NCBI GenBank assembly: GCA_000091205.1 | Contig: AP006492.2 | Direction: 5' to 3' (one strand) | Origin: Cyanidioschyzon merolae | Taxonomy: Eukaryota | DNA: 64,000 bases | Shown here: one piece after another, positions 10,235 through 21,421 of the stretch | How the letters are laid out: each line of letters starts with the position of its first letter | Numbering within the stretch: position 1 is the stretch's first letter | The notes under the pieces: model-generated | Told to the model about the DNA's origin: nothing | Seen by the model: the letters and a program-made list of their open reading frames with translations, nothing else | Databases searched by the model: none | Translations under genes and position numbers: made by a program

Positions 10235-11047
10235 CTACTGCGTCGCGCTGTCCTTACCATCGCCACCGCTGCTGTCTTCATCGTCTTCGACATCTTCCTC
10301 GGGATACACTCCTTTGACGAGAGGTGTTACCCATCCACCGTAGAAACTGCGCGGTTCCGGACGTACTCGGTATTCATCCACCCAACAGGCATCCACCTTG
10401 GCAGGATAAAATGCGATGTGGTCTTTCAGCATCCGGTAGGCCCTGGTCGGAAAATCGTACGACCAGGCTGCTCCTTCACTGACCTCCCAGCCAACTTCAA
10501 CATCGTAGTACGTAGCTTCACCTTTGAATTCGCAAAAAGTGCTCCTCACTTTGCTGGAAACCATCACGTACTGCAAGTCGATATCATCGAGCGGAATGTA
10601 ATACGAAGGCGGATGGGAGTACTCAAGAACCCGGTAACCTCGCCGAGTCTCCGCAATAGTGACTTGGTTGTGCACCACACGCAGGTGTCGAGTGTTCGGC
10701 TCCACACGCGGCGGACGCGGGTACGACCAGATTGACTCACGCTCGGCTAGAGGCGGTTTCATCACGCGCTTCGTTTCCAGGTCCGTCGGGAGGTTCACGG
10801 GCAAGTCACTGCTGCACAGAGGCCGGAATACGTGTGAGCACGCTTTCCGCAGTCTTTGGCCTTTTCTCAAGCAAGTATTTGCGCGTTCCAGACCAGCACC
10901 CCGGAAAGATAGAACTATTCGGTCAACAAACATAGCACTCGAGTCCAAGTAACCTGGAGCTGCCAGATACCCGCTGCGCTCCACGAACGAAGCGACGCCC
11001 TCAGGGGTGATTCGGCCAGGTGTCAATGACCAGGCGACGCGCTGCAC
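10235..11047 (-). CDS. DUF427 domain protein, 270 aa ORF
   Basis: NTRHLRVVHNQVTIAETRRGYRVLEYSHPPSYYIPLDDIDLQYV...FCEFKGEATYYDVEVGWEVSEGAAWSYDFPTRAYRMLKDHIAFYPAKVD matches the DUF427 consensus (R.R.ef.g..IAdS...l.LeE...P.YYiP..Dv.......ChyKGeAsY........aWsY..P........v.Fy). Confidence 0.75.
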   Translation of the reverse strand: MQRVAWSLTPGRITPEGVASFVERSGYLAAPGYLDSSAMFVDRIVLSFRGAGLERANTCLRKGQRLRKACSHVFRPLCSSDLPVNLPTDLETKRVMKPPLAERESIWSYPRPPRVEPNTRHLRVVHNQVTIAETRRGYRVLEYSHPPSYYIPLDDIDLQYVMVSSKVRSTFCEFKGEATYYDVEVGWEVSEGAAWSYDFPTRAYRMLKDHIAFYPAKVDACWVDEYRVRPEPRSFYGGWVTPLVKGVYPEEDVEDDEDSSGGDGKDSATQ

Positions 11048-11162
11048 CAGAGGTGTCGCAGGAAACGCCCCAGAGCGCAGCGTTCAGCGTTCGGTGCTGC
11101 GCTTGCGAGGGCCATGCTGCGTTAGCGGTAAACTATGTTTTAGTCTTGGCTACGAGCCAGAT

Positions 11163-12002
11163 CTATTTACCGCTTAGGGCATGTCCAGACGTGCACTGCT
11201 CCGTTGCACTCAGGATGTGAGCCGCTTTGCAGCCGCGTTGGAACACCGACCCGGAGCGCTTCTGGCACTTGACGTTGGTCGGCGAAAAATTGGCGTAGCT
11301 GTTTCGGATACATAGTAAGTCTTCTTTCGTGCTGATCATTCCGTATGGGAGCACGGACTGGACAGATGGACTCCGCTGAACACCAGCGAGGTGGAACAAG
11401 GCCAAGCACTCACTCGACAACGTTGTCCAGACAAAGTTGTCTATGACGCATGATCCGTGGTCGGGTATTATAGAGCCTTGTGAGAGCGAATGAAGACCGA
11501 TTTTAGCTATGCTGCACCTTATCTGTTGTTTGGGTGCATGCAAGTGCGCTGGTCTCCGACAATTACATTGTTCAGACACTAACCTGTGGAAGCGATCCCG
11601 GTCGGTTAGTCGCATTGCTGCTTTCCCGCTCGGCACACTAGTTCGATATGGAGACCCCGTCCACGTCCAGTACAAGCTCGTGCAGCAGCTGCTTGACACA
11701 ATTGCAAAATACAGCGTGGTTGCCCTGGTCTCCGGATATCCGCTGGAGCTTAGCAGGTCGCGAGAAGGACCCTCCTGCTCTATGGTCCGGTCGTTTCTCT
11801 CATCGCTAACGGTGACACCTGAGCTAATGTGTCGAGTGGTGCCGACGTTGTGTCTGCCTTTGCCATGTTTGCTGTGGGATGAGCGATTTTCGTCGGTTTC
11901 AGCGCAGTGGTACCAGTATGTTGAAGAGCCCGGACGCCGCGGCCACGTGCGTCCGCTGCCGCAGTGGAAGAAACGTGGTATCGATGCGTATGCCGCGCTC
12001 AT
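11163..12002 (-). CDS. Hypothetical protein (279 aa ORF, no family recognised)
   Basis: Long ORF with non-repetitive composition and a Cys/His-rich C-terminal half. Coding status is inferred only from ORF length. Confidence 0.3.
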   Translation of the reverse strand: MSAAYASIPRFFHCGSGRTWPRRPGSSTYWYHCAETDENRSSHSKHGKGRHNVGTTRHISSGVTVSDERNDRTIEQEGPSRDLLSSSGYPETRATTLYFAIVSSSCCTSLYWTWTGSPYRTSVPSGKAAMRLTDRDRFHRLVSEQCNCRRPAHLHAPKQQIRCSIAKIGLHSLSQGSIIPDHGSCVIDNFVWTTLSSECLALFHLAGVQRSPSVQSVLPYGMISTKEDLLCIRNSYANFSPTNVKCQKRSGSVFQRGCKAAHILSATEQCTSGHALSGK

Positions 12003-13920
12003 TATTTTACGTGGCGTTCTGGAATGTGACTGGGCGCGATACCAGGCACCGCCGCGGACTCTCTAAAAGGCCTGAGGGAAGGGCGGCGGCACAGATGCGA
12101 AAGCGCATGCTCTATGTGCCTGCGGTGTATGTCCATGCTGCGGTGCGTTGGCGAGACCCAGCGACCGTTCGCTTCTCGGTAATTGGAGTAGGTGACGGAG
12201 GCATTGCCAGCTGCAGAGCCTATGACGGTATCGTTAGAATCCCGAAGGTATTCACCGCGAAAATGCTGTTGCAAGCAATGCGGCTTTTGTGTTTGGCGAT
12301 GAAGGGACCACGCGGGCGCTAGGAGCGGTATCTCTCGGAGCTGCCTGTATGCGCCTGAACGCATGCGATGCTCGTGATCACCAGGTCCGCCTCTTAGCCG
12401 ACTGAATATCTGCGCTCGCGGAAAAGAAGCCCACCGAACAAGAATGAGCGCGCACGTACCGTCCAGTGGAAAGCGGACGCCAGTGTGCGGCCATATCTAC
12501 GGTAAGGATGCAGTCACGAGTGTTACGGTGCAGAAGCGAGATAGTTAAGCACATTCCCCGAGAAGCGCAAACCCCGGGAGCCGCTGCGCAAGCAGCTGCA
12601 TCTGTGCGAGATTTAAATGGAAAACTGGACTGCTTGCTCTGTTCTTCACGTTCGATTTCTGTCCGAATCGTTTTAGATGTACCGCGTCGACATTCGAATA
12701 GCAGCTACATGGACTTGCGGATTCATGCGTAGGTGTAGGATTCCCGGTCGCATGGTTCTCGGAGTCGCTCCTTCGAATATCTCTGCCGCTGGCACTCGTC
12801 ACGTCATCGGAGCCAGGCTGATTCGCGACGCCCTCACACGAGGGATCGTAAAGCAACCGATATCGTCACCCAATGCATACGTTGAAGCCTCCACGCTTCT
12901 CCTTTCCCTACGTATAGTGCGCACGAATCATGCATGCTTCTTGATTTCGATCTTTGTGTTTCACAACAACTCGTGGGTACAGGGGTTCGCGCCGATCGGC
13001 TGACGACGGGAAACCTCGACATCGTCGCTTGACGACCTGATCACGAGCTCCTGCCAAATGTTCGCTAAAAATATTACGTCAAATAACCGAATTCGTTCGA
13101 AAGACGAATACTTCTCTGCTTGTGGACGTTGACGAAACCATATTTGGCAGCAGTTTCGTGATACCTGTTTCGCAAAAGAAGCCCGTGATTGTGGACAATG
13201 CTGCCCATCACGAAACGGAGGTCGCCATCCAGAAGAGCCATCTGTACCCGGCACGGGTAACACCGGGCGATGAAGCGAGCCGTCACCCGTCACAACGCGG
13301 CGTCCGGGAAAGTCGGTATTAGGGACATTTAGGAACCCTTGACCCCCCGTCAAGTATCAGCGCGACAGAGGCTGCACAGCTGCTGTTTACAATAAGATGA
13401 ACATGGCAAGCGAAGCATAGATCGCAACTTCAGCTCATGCATGTGTTGCCTAGGAAGCAGCCGGAAGCAGCAAAATCGGAACTTGAACGATGCGATCAAC
13501 CTATCTCAACTGCTGACAACAGTACTGGACATACGGGACAGACCAGCATACTTAAAGTCGGAAACGACAGGGAGGCAAAGGAAGCAGCCCACGAATGTTG
13601 GCACTCATAACACCGACGTAAGACACCTGAACTTTCGCCTGTACGCAAGTCACAGGGTACGTCTGTCGCCCTGCACGGCAACGTACGCGCAGCGCGACGA
13701 CCGCAGATTGAAGCTACGCGCGCGTCTGCCTTGAGGCGACTCCATGACTAGCGACATAAATGTACATAGTAAAACAAAAGTACACTGACATGAACTTTTT
13801 CTGGGCCTCGAGCAGAGGCGCCCGGCGGGCCTGCAGCGCTCCATGGCAAACGTTGCTATATCGCGAACGGCAAGGTTTAGAAGCAAGACGGCGCTGCTGC
13901 GAACGCAAACTTAGGATACC

Positions 13921-16116
13921 ATGTGGGCCGCATTTGTCTTTTTACCAACGTCACGCTTTCTTCAAAGGGCGTCTCCCCCGTGCCCTAGCTCGAATCTATG
14001 TGGAAGACAGCGATCTGCAGGGCGCGTGTCAGCGGGGACGGCGTCGCTGCGTGCGCAAGAGGGCACCACGAACACACCTCCGCGAAAGCTTTCACCCGTC
14101 GAAGGCATAAAAGAGCGCTCGAACCAGCTTCGCTATCCTCTCATAGACGAGCTGAGAAACGACGAGATTTTCGTCTCTGGGGACGCAGGCCAAATACTCA
14201 AGTTTCACGGCACCTATCAGCAGGACGATCGGGATCAGCGCACCAAGGGTGAACAGAAGAAATATCAGTTTATGCTTCGTTTGAAGATGCCGGCAGGCGA
14301 ACTGCCGGCGAGCTTCTATCGCGTTCTCGACGACCTGTCGGAGCAGTATGGGAACAGCACGCTGCGGGCCACAACGCGGAGCACTTTCCAGATCCACGGT
14401 GTTCTCAAGGGGAACCTCAAGCACGTCATGGCAACGATCATGAACGCCGGTGGCAGCACTGCAGGCGCTTGCGGCGACATCAACCGGAACGTTATTACCA
14501 CGCCAGCGCCGTACCAGAGTCCGCCCTACCAACACGTTCGCTTCATTGCCAAAATGCTCGCTGAGGTATTCGCGCCACAGACGGGTGCGCTCTGTGAGGC
14601 ATGGCTCGACGGCGAGAAGGCGGCTTCAATTGAATACTGGAAGAGGGACATCGATATGGATGAAGTGAAACGAATACGTGAGCACGACAATGGACGAGGA
14701 CAGGTGTTCAGCGGCAAAGAGGAGCCTATCTACGGAGAAACCTACCTGCCTCGCAAGTTTAAGATGGCCGTGACTGTTCCCGGTGATAACAGTGTCGACA
14801 TCTTCACGAACGATATCGGCATCGTCGTGCTCATGGATGATAACTATGTGTTACAGGGATACAACATTCTCGTCGGTGGCGGTATGGGACGCACCCACAA
14901 CAAGGAGGCAACCTTTCCACGCCTTGCGGATCCTCTCGGATTCGTTCCGCCTGATTCGCTTTTCGATACCATCAAGGCTATCGTCGCCGCGCAGCGCGAC
15001 CACGGTGATCGGCAGGTCCGCACAAACGCCCGAATGAAGTATCTTGTACACCGTCTGGGTATCGACGGTTTCCGTGATCTCGTTCGCTCTTACATGACCG
15101 ACAATGGTGCCGCGCTACAACCGTGGCGTCCGATCCCGGCCTGGGAGCACCGCGACTATCTCGGCTGGCACGAAGACGGTACCGGCAAGCTCTTCTACGG
15201 GCTGCTGATTGACAACGGGCGGGTGCGCGGCCCGCTGAAAAAAGCGCTTCGCCAGATCGTAGACGAAATATCGCCTGGTATGATCATGACGCCGCACCAA
15301 AACCTGCTTTTAACCAACATCATGCCAGAGCAACGGCAAGTCGTCGAGGGCATCCTGGCCCAGCACCAGGTCTACCGCGACGTGCGGCACATTGATCAAC
15401 TGGTGCGCAAGGCGATGGCATGTCCGGCGTTGCCACTCTGCCCGCTGGCGATCACAGAGGCTGAACGTGTGATGCCCCAGTACCTCGAGCGCATTCGCGA
15501 GATTCTCGGCAAGGCTGGCATAGCACCAAGCGAATCGTTCTTTACGCGCATGACCGGATGCCCGAACGGATGCAGCCGTCCCTACATGGCAGAATTGGCC
15601 CTGGTCGGCAGTGGACCCAACGAGGTATACCAGCTCTGGCTGGGTGGCTCGCCCAACCAAACCCGGCTCGCTTGGCCGTTTGCAGACCGGCTATCATTGA
15701 ACGAGCTCGATCGCGTGCTCGAAGCGCTCTTCGTTTTTTGGCGGCAAGAACGCCGACCTGCTGAGGCTTTCGGAGATTTTTGCGATCGCATCGGGAAAAA
15801 CGGACTTGAGCAATTCGTCTCCCAGTATGGCGAGGGGCATGCGAATGGCGATACCTCGAAGGCACGCGCAAGTACATCACGCCTATCCAAGAGCACCGCA
15901 AACAACGAAGAGAAAGTTCCGCTGCGACCCCGCGTCTCCCTGCGCCCAGCGGTGCATGCGCGTCTGCGAACGATGGCGGCCCGAGCTGGTGTTCCGCTCA
16001 AAGTCCTCGTGGATGAGATTCTGACCAAGTTCATCGCCTCCCCTGAATCCGAGAAGATGTTCGGGGGCCGTATCTCTTCGGCGATCAAGACAGATGGGAA
16101 TACTGCGATGGACTGA
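13921..16116 (+). CDS. SIR: Ferredoxin-dependent sulfite (or nitrite) reductase hemoprotein, plastid-type, with a transit-peptide-like N-terminus and an unusual C-terminal extension of about 90 aa; 731 aa
   Basis: MPAGELPASFYRVLDDLSEQYGNSTLRATTRSTFQIHGVLKGNLKHVMATIMNAGGSTAGACGDINRNVITTPAP and the siroheme/4Fe-4S Cys cluster motif ...TGCPNGCSRPYMAELALVGSG are the NiR/SiR hemoprotein signatures. The N-terminal 55 aa are Ser/Arg/Ala-rich (MWAAFVFLPTSRFLQRASPP...). Confidence 0.85.
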   Translation: MWAAFVFLPTSRFLQRASPPCPSSNLCGRQRSAGRVSAGTASLRAQEGTTNTPPRKLSPVEGIKERSNQLRYPLIDELRNDEIFVSGDAGQILKFHGTYQQDDRDQRTKGEQKKYQFMLRLKMPAGELPASFYRVLDDLSEQYGNSTLRATTRSTFQIHGVLKGNLKHVMATIMNAGGSTAGACGDINRNVITTPAPYQSPPYQHVRFIAKMLAEVFAPQTGALCEAWLDGEKAASIEYWKRDIDMDEVKRIREHDNGRGQVFSGKEEPIYGETYLPRKFKMAVTVPGDNSVDIFTNDIGIVVLMDDNYVLQGYNILVGGGMGRTHNKEATFPRLADPLGFVPPDSLFDTIKAIVAAQRDHGDRQVRTNARMKYLVHRLGIDGFRDLVRSYMTDNGAALQPWRPIPAWEHRDYLGWHEDGTGKLFYGLLIDNGRVRGPLKKALRQIVDEISPGMIMTPHQNLLLTNIMPEQRQVVEGILAQHQVYRDVRHIDQLVRKAMACPALPLCPLAITEAERVMPQYLERIREILGKAGIAPSESFFTRMTGCPNGCSRPYMAELALVGSGPNEVYQLWLGGSPNQTRLAWPFADRLSLNELDRVLEALFVFWRQERRPAEAFGDFCDRIGKNGLEQFVSQYGEGHANGDTSKARASTSRLSKSTANNEEKVPLRPRVSLRPAVHARLRTMAARAGVPLKVLVDEILTKFIASPESEKMFGGRISSAIKTDGNTAMD

Positions 16117-16988
16117 CATGGAGTCGCCAACAGCACCGGTGTTTCCAGAAGAACCGCATCCTGTGATACGTGAAAGCCCATGTCGAAGAACGGTCGATCA
16201 AGTGTGTGCGGTATAAAGTAAGCTCTTGTTGGCTCGCGGCAGTGACCGCAAAGGTTCCCATCTCGCACGACGCTGAACGCGGTGAGGGTATTCAGCATGC
16301 GTATGCCTCTCAGCGGGCTGCATGCTGGAATATCGTTACCGGAAGAGCCGTTCTGTTTTTTATCGTTTTCCTTGCGGGTATTCAACAAAAGCCAAGTGTC
16401 CTGTAGAATGGACTGAGCTCACGGAAAGTCTTGCTGACGTTACTGCTCGCTTGCGAAAAATGGGTTTCGTTGCGCGGGTCAGTGATTCTGCTGCGAGCAG
16501 GTGACTGCACCATGGTACGCGTCGACCGTATCCTGAACGCTGTGCGCCCAAAACACAACATGTCAAAGTGTAACCGCACGATCGTCTCCTCGTCGAAACA
16601 TTCCGCAGCGTACGTTCTCTAAGAGATACGACCGAGGAAGCAGCAGGATATGACGTTTCCGGACCGCTGATGCAAACGGCTATGAAGAGACGTGCATGGA
16701 CTCTGCAAAAAACGTGCACATGTACAAGAGACCGTCGCGCGTTGAACAAGACACGCGATCGATTTCGTACTTGGCAGCGAACGCTCATTACGGGAGGGAA
16801 GATAAGGTTGGTCGTCTCACTCAAGGAGACTTTGCTGCTGCTTCGCTGATTTTGTTTATAGGGGAGGGTCCGGAAAGACGCTCGGCAGCGTGTGGATATG
16901 CTCGCAACTGAGAAGCAGACGAGGACGTACCTGAAGAATCGCAAATGCGTTCATAGACAAGTTGAGTTTCAGTACCGCCGTCCACCCA

Positions 16989-17007
16989 GTGTGTGTGTGT
17001 GTGTGTT
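16989..17007. repeat. (GT)n microsatellite in IR arm B (mirror of the (AC)n at 1645)
   Basis: gtgtgtgtgtgtgtgtgtg read directly. Confidence 0.9.
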
Positions 17008-17391
17008 TGCATGAGTGAATCCCCCGGAAAAACCGGCCACAGAGTATCGCGACCATACCTAGGCGCCCGCGCCGAGTCCGCAACAAGTCGATGCACGCAC
17101 TGGATACAGAGAACGAGGACGGACCGGATGCGAAACCCGTCGGAGCCGAAAACCCAGCCTGAAACCATTGTCAAGGCCTATTTTTAGATAAAAGAAGTAA
17201 GAAACAGGACGCCATACAAAACAGCATAGACGTGGCATCGAGCGCGAGCGTCGCTTCAGGTCGTCGAAGCGCATCGTGTAGTTGTCGGCCTCGGAGCGAC
17301 ACACGTCATACCCACAGCAAGTTCGGAACCTGATGTGTGCCAGCCGTCGTTATATCTTGCGCTTCCGCGTATTCGCCAGTCATGCTTGTCA

Positions 17392-17661
<270 letters not shown>

Positions 17662-19891
17662 CTACAATGAGGTACAGCTGGTTCACGCGTACAAGTAGGC
17701 AGCGCTTCAGGAGCTTCGCGAGGACACTGGTGCATCGCGTTCCTGGTTTCTCGTCTGTAGCGAGGAGATGGACTCGAGTTTCACAGGGTCCACGGAGAGC
17801 GACGGCATACCCATCTGAACGCACGTTGTAAAACCTAGACCTGTTTCGAGATACCAGGCTCGCTCTTGCGACCGTTCAAGGCAAGCAGAGGGAGCGAGGT
17901 TGTGGAGAGCGTGGATTCCAGTTTGAAAGGCGTCACCGCGGTTGCCGTACCGCAAAACAGGACGACGGCGCGAGAGACATGAACGGAGAGCGGATGAAGC
18001 TGCTCAGCTCTTCCAGGGCGCGGTATTGTCGGGATCCGGGCACCAAAGACGCCAGCAGGCATACCGACAAGTCGAATGACAGCGTCTGGGCTCGTCTCGA
18101 TGCGCTATGCGCCGGTATCGAGCAGCGACGTGTGCTTTCTACGCTTCACGCGCAACGTATACGGGCCGCCACGAACGACTCACGCGGATACGCTTTGGCA
18201 AACGCACATGAGCCGGTGCTGGGGTCGCCGACGGCCTCACTTGCACCGATGCGAGAAGCGTGCACCATCCCTCTTCTCCGATGAGTCAGATACGCAAATC
18301 ACTGGTCAGCGAGTCGCTCGACGGTAGCCTACGCTGCTGGACGTACGCTCGTGCGGAAAGGCGCTGCCTCCGATCCTTGTATGGAGCCTCGACCGGGTCC
18401 AGGCATTGATCTGCTGCGATGCGCATCGATGGGCCTCCAAGACTACATACAGGTATCATGAGCGCAGGCGCACGCTGAGCCACATAGAGAACAAGAGCGT
18501 TGCACAGAGCGGGATGCACTGTATGGTGCTCGGTTCGCTGACGCAACCCCAGATACTGGGGCAATCACAAGGGCGTTGCTTGCGACGTTGTGATTCCGCC
18601 AGCAACAGTGTGGCGTACACGTACTTTCGGCGCCGAGACTCGAACGCCCCGCTCAACATATGGAGATATCTCGTGCATGCGGGGCGTCGAACGGCTTTGT
18701 ATCGAGCGAACGTTCGAGATCCTCGTTGAGGACTCGGTACATGCACTGTGCTGAAACGCTAGCGACTTTCGATGAAAAAAATCTGTGGTAAAGTCACAGG
18801 GCAGGGGATTCTCGCATGGACCACGGCACTGGTATGGGTACGGTTCAGCGATCCAGCAAGTCCAGCGTGCCCCATATACGCACAGCGAAAGCCTCTACTG
18901 CGTAAATGGTGAACGATCATTGTCGTCCACTATTCCATAGAACAGAGTATGCGGCAGCAACATCGATCCATGAAGTTGCCCGTTCTGCCCGGCGAATGCA
19001 TAGCATGTGCTCAGAGCAGAGCAGTCGACACACACCATCCTGTGATCTTGGAACGATGGGCGGCATTTTACGCTGCACAAACGCAACCGCGTCCTGGATA
19101 TCGCGCAATATCCCCCAACAACACCGAGACGAAATGCGAGTGCGTATGCTTAAAGCGGAAAGTCCGTTGCCAGCTGTAAACAGTGCTCTAGACGAGCGTC
19201 TAACCACTTGTTCTAGTCTAGTTGGATAGCAACGAGCCGCTTTTAGCGATTTTCGGCATATGCAGGGGCACTTTCGCGAGAGCGCAGCGGCAAGCCCCAA
19301 AAAGCGCCCATGCCTGTCCGAATGCGCTGGCAGCAGGCACCAAAGCGGGATTACGAGCGCTCGCCACACAACCCTGGTGCACGATGCGCGGCATCCGGAC
19401 TGGGGACGCTGCCTACCCGAGGCAGCGTCGGATGCGGATGTGGATTTCGCCCCTCTGCGAGTCACTGCTTCATCTGATGTGGCTGGTGCGCAGCACAATC
19501 GTCTAGGTCGCGCTTGTCTGCAAGCGTTTGCAAGCTGGATACAAGGTGTTCACCTTTTCGTGCAAAAAAATCTTGCTGTTTCTGGCGCTATCTTCCAGTA
19601 TAGATATCCGGCGAGGAAGGAGCTCTCGGTAGGATGTCATCTTGGACATCAGCTACACACCAGTGAGAGAGGGATGGCGGGCAATTTCGGCCAACAACGT
19701 CATCCATGTCGTCCTTGAGCGGACCCAGGAATCACGAACCGTCGGCACAGAGCAAATACGGCTGGCTATCAACAAGGCCTCTCAAAGCCTCCCCAGAGAC
19801 TCACGAGGAGCTCTGTGATCGGCCCGCAGTCGGGAGCATCCTTTGCATTGCCGCGATGTGGACGCGCTTGTCAACGGCAAGTCCCAAATTC

Positions 19892-21421
19892 CTACCGTTT
19901 TGAACGTCGCTGGTGTCGCCCAGTCGGCAGTGCATTACGAGAAGATGGATGCACAACCGGCAGGACCGGCGCAAGATATGTTTGACGTGGCCCAAAGAGC
20001 TCCTCCGTCCCCTGCGCTGAGTTATGCGCCGCATTGCTCGGGCAGTTCGCCGCCTTGCGACGCGACATGCGCTGATGGCGTCGAAGCTTCTCAGAATATT
20101 CATCTGCTCTCAGAATGAAATCTCGGTAGAGACCATCACGTCCGCCAACGGGCTTCGGAATGGAGCTCAGCGAGCCACGGGTGGAGAGTCGAGGCGCGCC
20201 GTCGATGGATCGAGCGAATCGAGGCAGCCGAATCCTTTCTCGGTGCTTCGCTCCGATTCCCGATGTATCAGTATCACCCGCGGTGACTTCTTTGATGCAG
20301 CGAATGAGCGTGCCATAATTACCGCATTCGGGGCAGAAACGGATCGTTTGCTCGTCCAGTTCCTGTGCATCTATGGTACGATTGCAGGCAGTGCAGAGGC
20401 GAATGAAATGCCGTGCCCAGCGGATCGTTTTCCGTGAGTCAACACTCACCAACGGAATATCGAGACACCGCATCACGTTCTGCATACTAAAATCGGTTGT
20501 CGCAATGGCCACCTGACCGGGTTTCAGCGCGTCCCATCGGAGCTCGGAGGCGATAGCTTCCGGGTTATGGGTCGGTGGCAGCCAGGTATCCGCACATAGA
20601 GCCTCAGCATGTGACGACATGCCTCTGCTCGAGTCCACATATGCAGAAGAAGCGCCGTTTTCACTGGAGTCTTTCTCAGCTTCAGAGGGAATACAAGACT
20701 GCACATCATTTTTCATTGACCGCTGTGACTCTTTCTCACATGCCGTTCTGTTGCACTCTGCTCGGTGGTGCGGCCGACTACCTGGATACATGGACAGTTC
20801 GTCGACTCCTCGCAGCAAACTCTCTGGTAACGAGGCATCGAGTTCAGAAAGTCTTCGCCGGACTTTTTTGAGACCCTCCCCGAAAACATACGTGCGAGGG
20901 TCGAAAAAGTCGGGATTCCGGGTTGATTCGCGACGCCAGGATAGCGCAGACTGCGCTATTCGTTCTCCGTGTATGTCAAACGAGTCGGAAGCAGTGCGCG
21001 TACTGGGCGCGGAACCCGCGCCGCACGTCTCTTCGACTCCGTTCCCCGAGGTAACAGGTTCGCTGGGCTTCTCTGGGTGCCCGAGATCAATCGCGAGTGC
21101 AATCAAATTGACGTCCGCTGTGCTCAGGAATCCCAAGTCGCCAGTTTCGCGTGCAGCGCGCTCAACACAAGCCACGGCTTTGGGAGAAGGCTCCGACACC
21201 GTCAGCGCTCGTGCGTCATCCGCTCCTCCTGACTTGAGTCCAAGAAGCCACTCGAGTCGCTTTCGGGCAGCCTCGTCTCGAACTTCGTGTAGCACATCAG
21301 GTACTGTACATAGTTGCAAATCTTTCTCGAGCGCGGCGCGCTGAAGCCAGCTTTCCGAGGCGTGGATCCAGGCGCTTGCATCGAGCACCAAAAACCGACG
21401 CGTGGCTGCGTTTTCCACCAT
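19892..21421 (-). CDS. NOB1: Nob1-like 20S pre-rRNA D-site endonuclease (PIN domain plus C-terminal zinc ribbon), about 509 aa from the second Met
   Basis: The N-terminus RRFLVLDASAWIHASE...VPDVLHEVRDEAARKRLEW is a PIN domain (compare Nob1 HVVADAGAFL...IREVVTEIRDKATRRRL). The C-terminus DFSMQNVMRCLDIPLVSVDSRKTIRWARHFIRLCTACNRTIDAQELDEQTIRFCPECGNYGTL is the Nob1 zinc-ribbon. Confidence 0.75.
   Translation of the reverse strand: MVENAATRRFLVLDASAWIHASESWLQRAALEKDLQLCTVPDVLHEVRDEAARKRLEWLLGLKSGGADDARALTVSEPSPKAVACVERAARETGDLGFLSTADVNLIALAIDLGHPEKPSEPVTSGNGVEETCGAGSAPSTRTASDSFDIHGERIAQSALSWRRESTRNPDFFDPRTYVFGEGLKKVRRRLSELDASLPESLLRGVDELSMYPGSRPHHRAECNRTACEKESQRSMKNDVQSCIPSEAEKDSSENGASSAYVDSSRGMSSHAEALCADTWLPPTHNPEAIASELRWDALKPGQVAIATTDFSMQNVMRCLDIPLVSVDSRKTIRWARHFIRLCTACNRTIDAQELDEQTIRFCPECGNYGTLIRCIKEVTAGDTDTSGIGAKHRERIRLPRFARSIDGAPRLSTRGSLSSIPKPVGGRDGLYRDFILRADEYSEKLRRHQRMSRRKAANCPSNAAHNSAQGTEELFGPRQTYLAPVLPVVHPSSRNALPTGRHQRRSKR

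Noticed and set aside
20619-21344. 241-aa ORF on the + strand
   Set aside because: Lies entirely antisense to the well-supported Nob1 CDS, has Ser/Arg/Ala-rich low-complexity composition and no homology. Typical spurious antisense ORF in GC-rich coding DNA.
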